Shown one piece after another: positions 62,557 to 64,000 of a stretch of 64,000 bases of DNA. The DNA is from Actinomycetota bacterium. GTDB taxonomy: Bacteria; Actinomycetota; Actinomycetes; Nanopelagicales; Nanopelagicaceae. The translations under genes and the position numbers were made by a program. The stretch's first letter is position 1, and the number at the start of each line of letters is the position of its first letter. The DNA lies in NCBI GenBank assembly GCA_947451045.1, contig CANFXM010000001.1, positions 5,793 to 69,792 of the forward strand. Reading direction: 5' to 3'. The notes under the pieces are model-generated. The model made no database searches and was not told the origin of the DNA. It worked only from the letters and a program-made list of their open reading frames with translations.

Positions 62557-63059
62557 TAACGAGCTACTTCAATACCTAGCTCTTGTAACACACGACCAAT
62601 TACAGAAAAACCAAATCCTTTGCGCTGAAGTAGCGATTGAATTCTGCGAACTTGTACCTCTGGTTCAAGGCGTGACATCGTGGAGTACTTACGCATGGCA
62701 AGTCCAAATGCAGTGCGATATTCACTCTCATCATCAATGCCTTCAAGAGCAGCATCAATACTGTTTTGATCTACACCTTTACCGCGCAACTCCCCCGCAA
62801 TAATTCGCTTTGAAAGTTTCTTAGCGTTATGGCGAGACTGAGTCCATGCAACTGCAAACTCTTCATCATTGATAAGTCCTGCCTCCTGCAGCCGAAAAAT
62901 AACTGCAGTGGCAACATCATCTTCAATGCCACGTTTTTTAAGGTGAGCCGCGAGCTCGCCCTTACTCTTTGCTCTTGCAACTAACGCGTTGAGCGCAATT
63001 GTGTGAGCAATAGAGTAAGGGTCCGCGTCGCGATCAACCTTTACAAATTCAAGGCTAAT
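62553..63059 (-). CDS. recX: Regulatory protein RecX, full length 168 aa; no ATG/GTG/TTG start, candidate ATT start at 63059
   Basis: My translation of the open frame upstream of the 78-aa ORF: (M)SLEFVKVDRDADPYSIAHTIALNALVARAKSKGELAAHLKKRG...GLINDEEFA..W...R...K.LSKR.I..ELR.KGV; in-frame TGA at 63068-63066. Confidence 0.88.
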   Translation of the reverse strand: MSLEFVKVDRDADPYSIAHTIALNALVARAKSKGELAAHLKKRGIEDDVATAVIFRLQEAGLINDEEFAVAWTQSRHNAKKLSKRIIAGELRGKGVDQNSIDAALEGIDDESEYRTAFGLAMRKYSTMSRLEPEVQVRRIQSLLQRKGFGFSVIGRVLQELGIEVARY

Positions 63060-64000
63060 TAGAAATCAACCTCTGCTGTTGCCTCTTCGACTGCTGCCAC
63101 TAGTGCTGGGTCTACTTCAACCGTTGCAAAGTGTGCGCGAATCTTTGTTTCGATCTCGTTAGCGAGATCTGGATTATCAAGAAGGAAGGCGCGTGAGTTC
63201 TCTTTGCCCTGTCCTAGTTGATCTGCTTCGTATGTATACCAAGCACCAGATTTCTTCACGATACCGACATCAACACCGAGATCGATGAGTGAGCCTTCGC
63301 GTGAGATACCTGTTCCGTAAATAATGTCGAACTCTGCTTGCTTGAAAGGTGGAGCCATCTTGTTCTTGACTACCTTCACGCGAGTACGGTTACCAACTGC
63401 TTCTTGGCCATCTTTGAGAGTTTCAATACGACGGATATCAAGGCGAACAGATGCGTAGAACTTGAGCGCTTTTCCACCCGTTGTTGTTTCAGGAGAACCA
63501 AAGAAGACACCAATCTTTTCGCGCAACTGGTTGATAAAGATTGCAGTTGTCTTTGATTGGTGAAGTGCGCCAGTAATTTTACGAAGTGCTTGTGACATAA
63601 GACGTGCCTGAAGACCCATATGTGAATCTCCCATTTCGCCTTCAATTTCAGCGCGTGGAACGAGTGCTGCAACTGAGTCAACGACAACGAGATCGAGTGC
63701 GCCGGAGCGAATCAACATATCCATGATCTCTAGTGCTTGCTCACCTGTATCTGGTTGTGAGACAAGAAGTGAATCGATATCTACGCCGAGCTTCTTTGCA
63801 TACTCTGCATCGAATGCGTGCTCTGCATCGATAAATGCGCAGATTCCGCCAGCTTTTTGTGCATTAGCAATTGCATGCAATGTAAGAGTTGTCTTACCTG
63901 AAGATTCTGGTCCGTAGATTTCTACGATACGTCCACGTGGTAATCCACCAATACCGAGTGCGATATCGAGTGCAATTGATCCAGTTGGAATTACTTCAAT
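63059..64000 (-). CDS. recA: Recombinase RecA; 5' end lies outside the window
   Basis: The frame continues to the window edge: [58 protein letters not shown]; no intein in the visible part. Confidence 0.97.
   Translation of the reverse strand: MEVIPTGSIALDIALGIGGLPRGRIVEIYGPESSGKTTLTLHAIANAQKAGGICAFIDAEHAFDAEYAKKLGVDIDSLLVSQPDTGEQALEIMDMLIRSGALDLVVVDSVAALVPRAEIEGEMGDSHMGLQARLMSQALRKITGALHQSKTTAIFINQLREKIGVFFGSPETTTGGKALKFYASVRLDIRRIETLKDGQEAVGNRTRVKVVKNKMAPPFKQAEFDIIYGTGISREGSLIDLGVDVGIVKKSGAWYTYEADQLGQGKENSRAFLLDNPDLANEIETKIRAHFATVEVDPALVAAVEEATAEVDF

Overview
A gene-dense, mid-GC (mid-40s % by eye, not computed) actinobacterial chromosome segment. Gene content, short spacers and compact proteins fit the streamlined freshwater acI lineage (Nanopelagicales, e.g. 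Ca. Planktophila); this assignment is inferred. I count 65 CDSs, two of them truncated by the window edges. I found no rRNA, tRNA, CRISPR array, transposase or integrase. Most of the window is conserved housekeeping order: DUF3000-rnd...dxs-acnA-trkA-dut-DUF4193; hflX-dapF-miaA-miaB; trmD-rimM-rpsP-ffh-glnD-glnK-amtB-ftsY-smc-rnc-rpmF-coaD-rsmD-recG-rpmB-thiL-ddl-gpsA-plsC-hup-leuDC-ndgR; recX-recA. There are two accessory patches. The first (about 1-9 kb) carries sugar-acid catabolic genes and a DNA methyltransferase followed by an uncharacterised PD-(D/E)xK nuclease. The second (about 29.4-37.1 kb) is a GlnA4-type gamma-glutamylation cluster that lacks its usual hydrolase but is flanked by two other amidotransferases. 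The main sequence-level observations are: a full-length recX with no ATG/GTG/TTG start that appears to begin at ATT fused to the recA stop (TAATT); a TAnnnT -10 box 6-7 nt before the start codon in 21 genes, pointing to pervasive leaderless transcription; a perfect 20-bp palindrome before acnA; and several other candidate operators. Where I moved a start codon relative to the ORF track, the evidence field says so.
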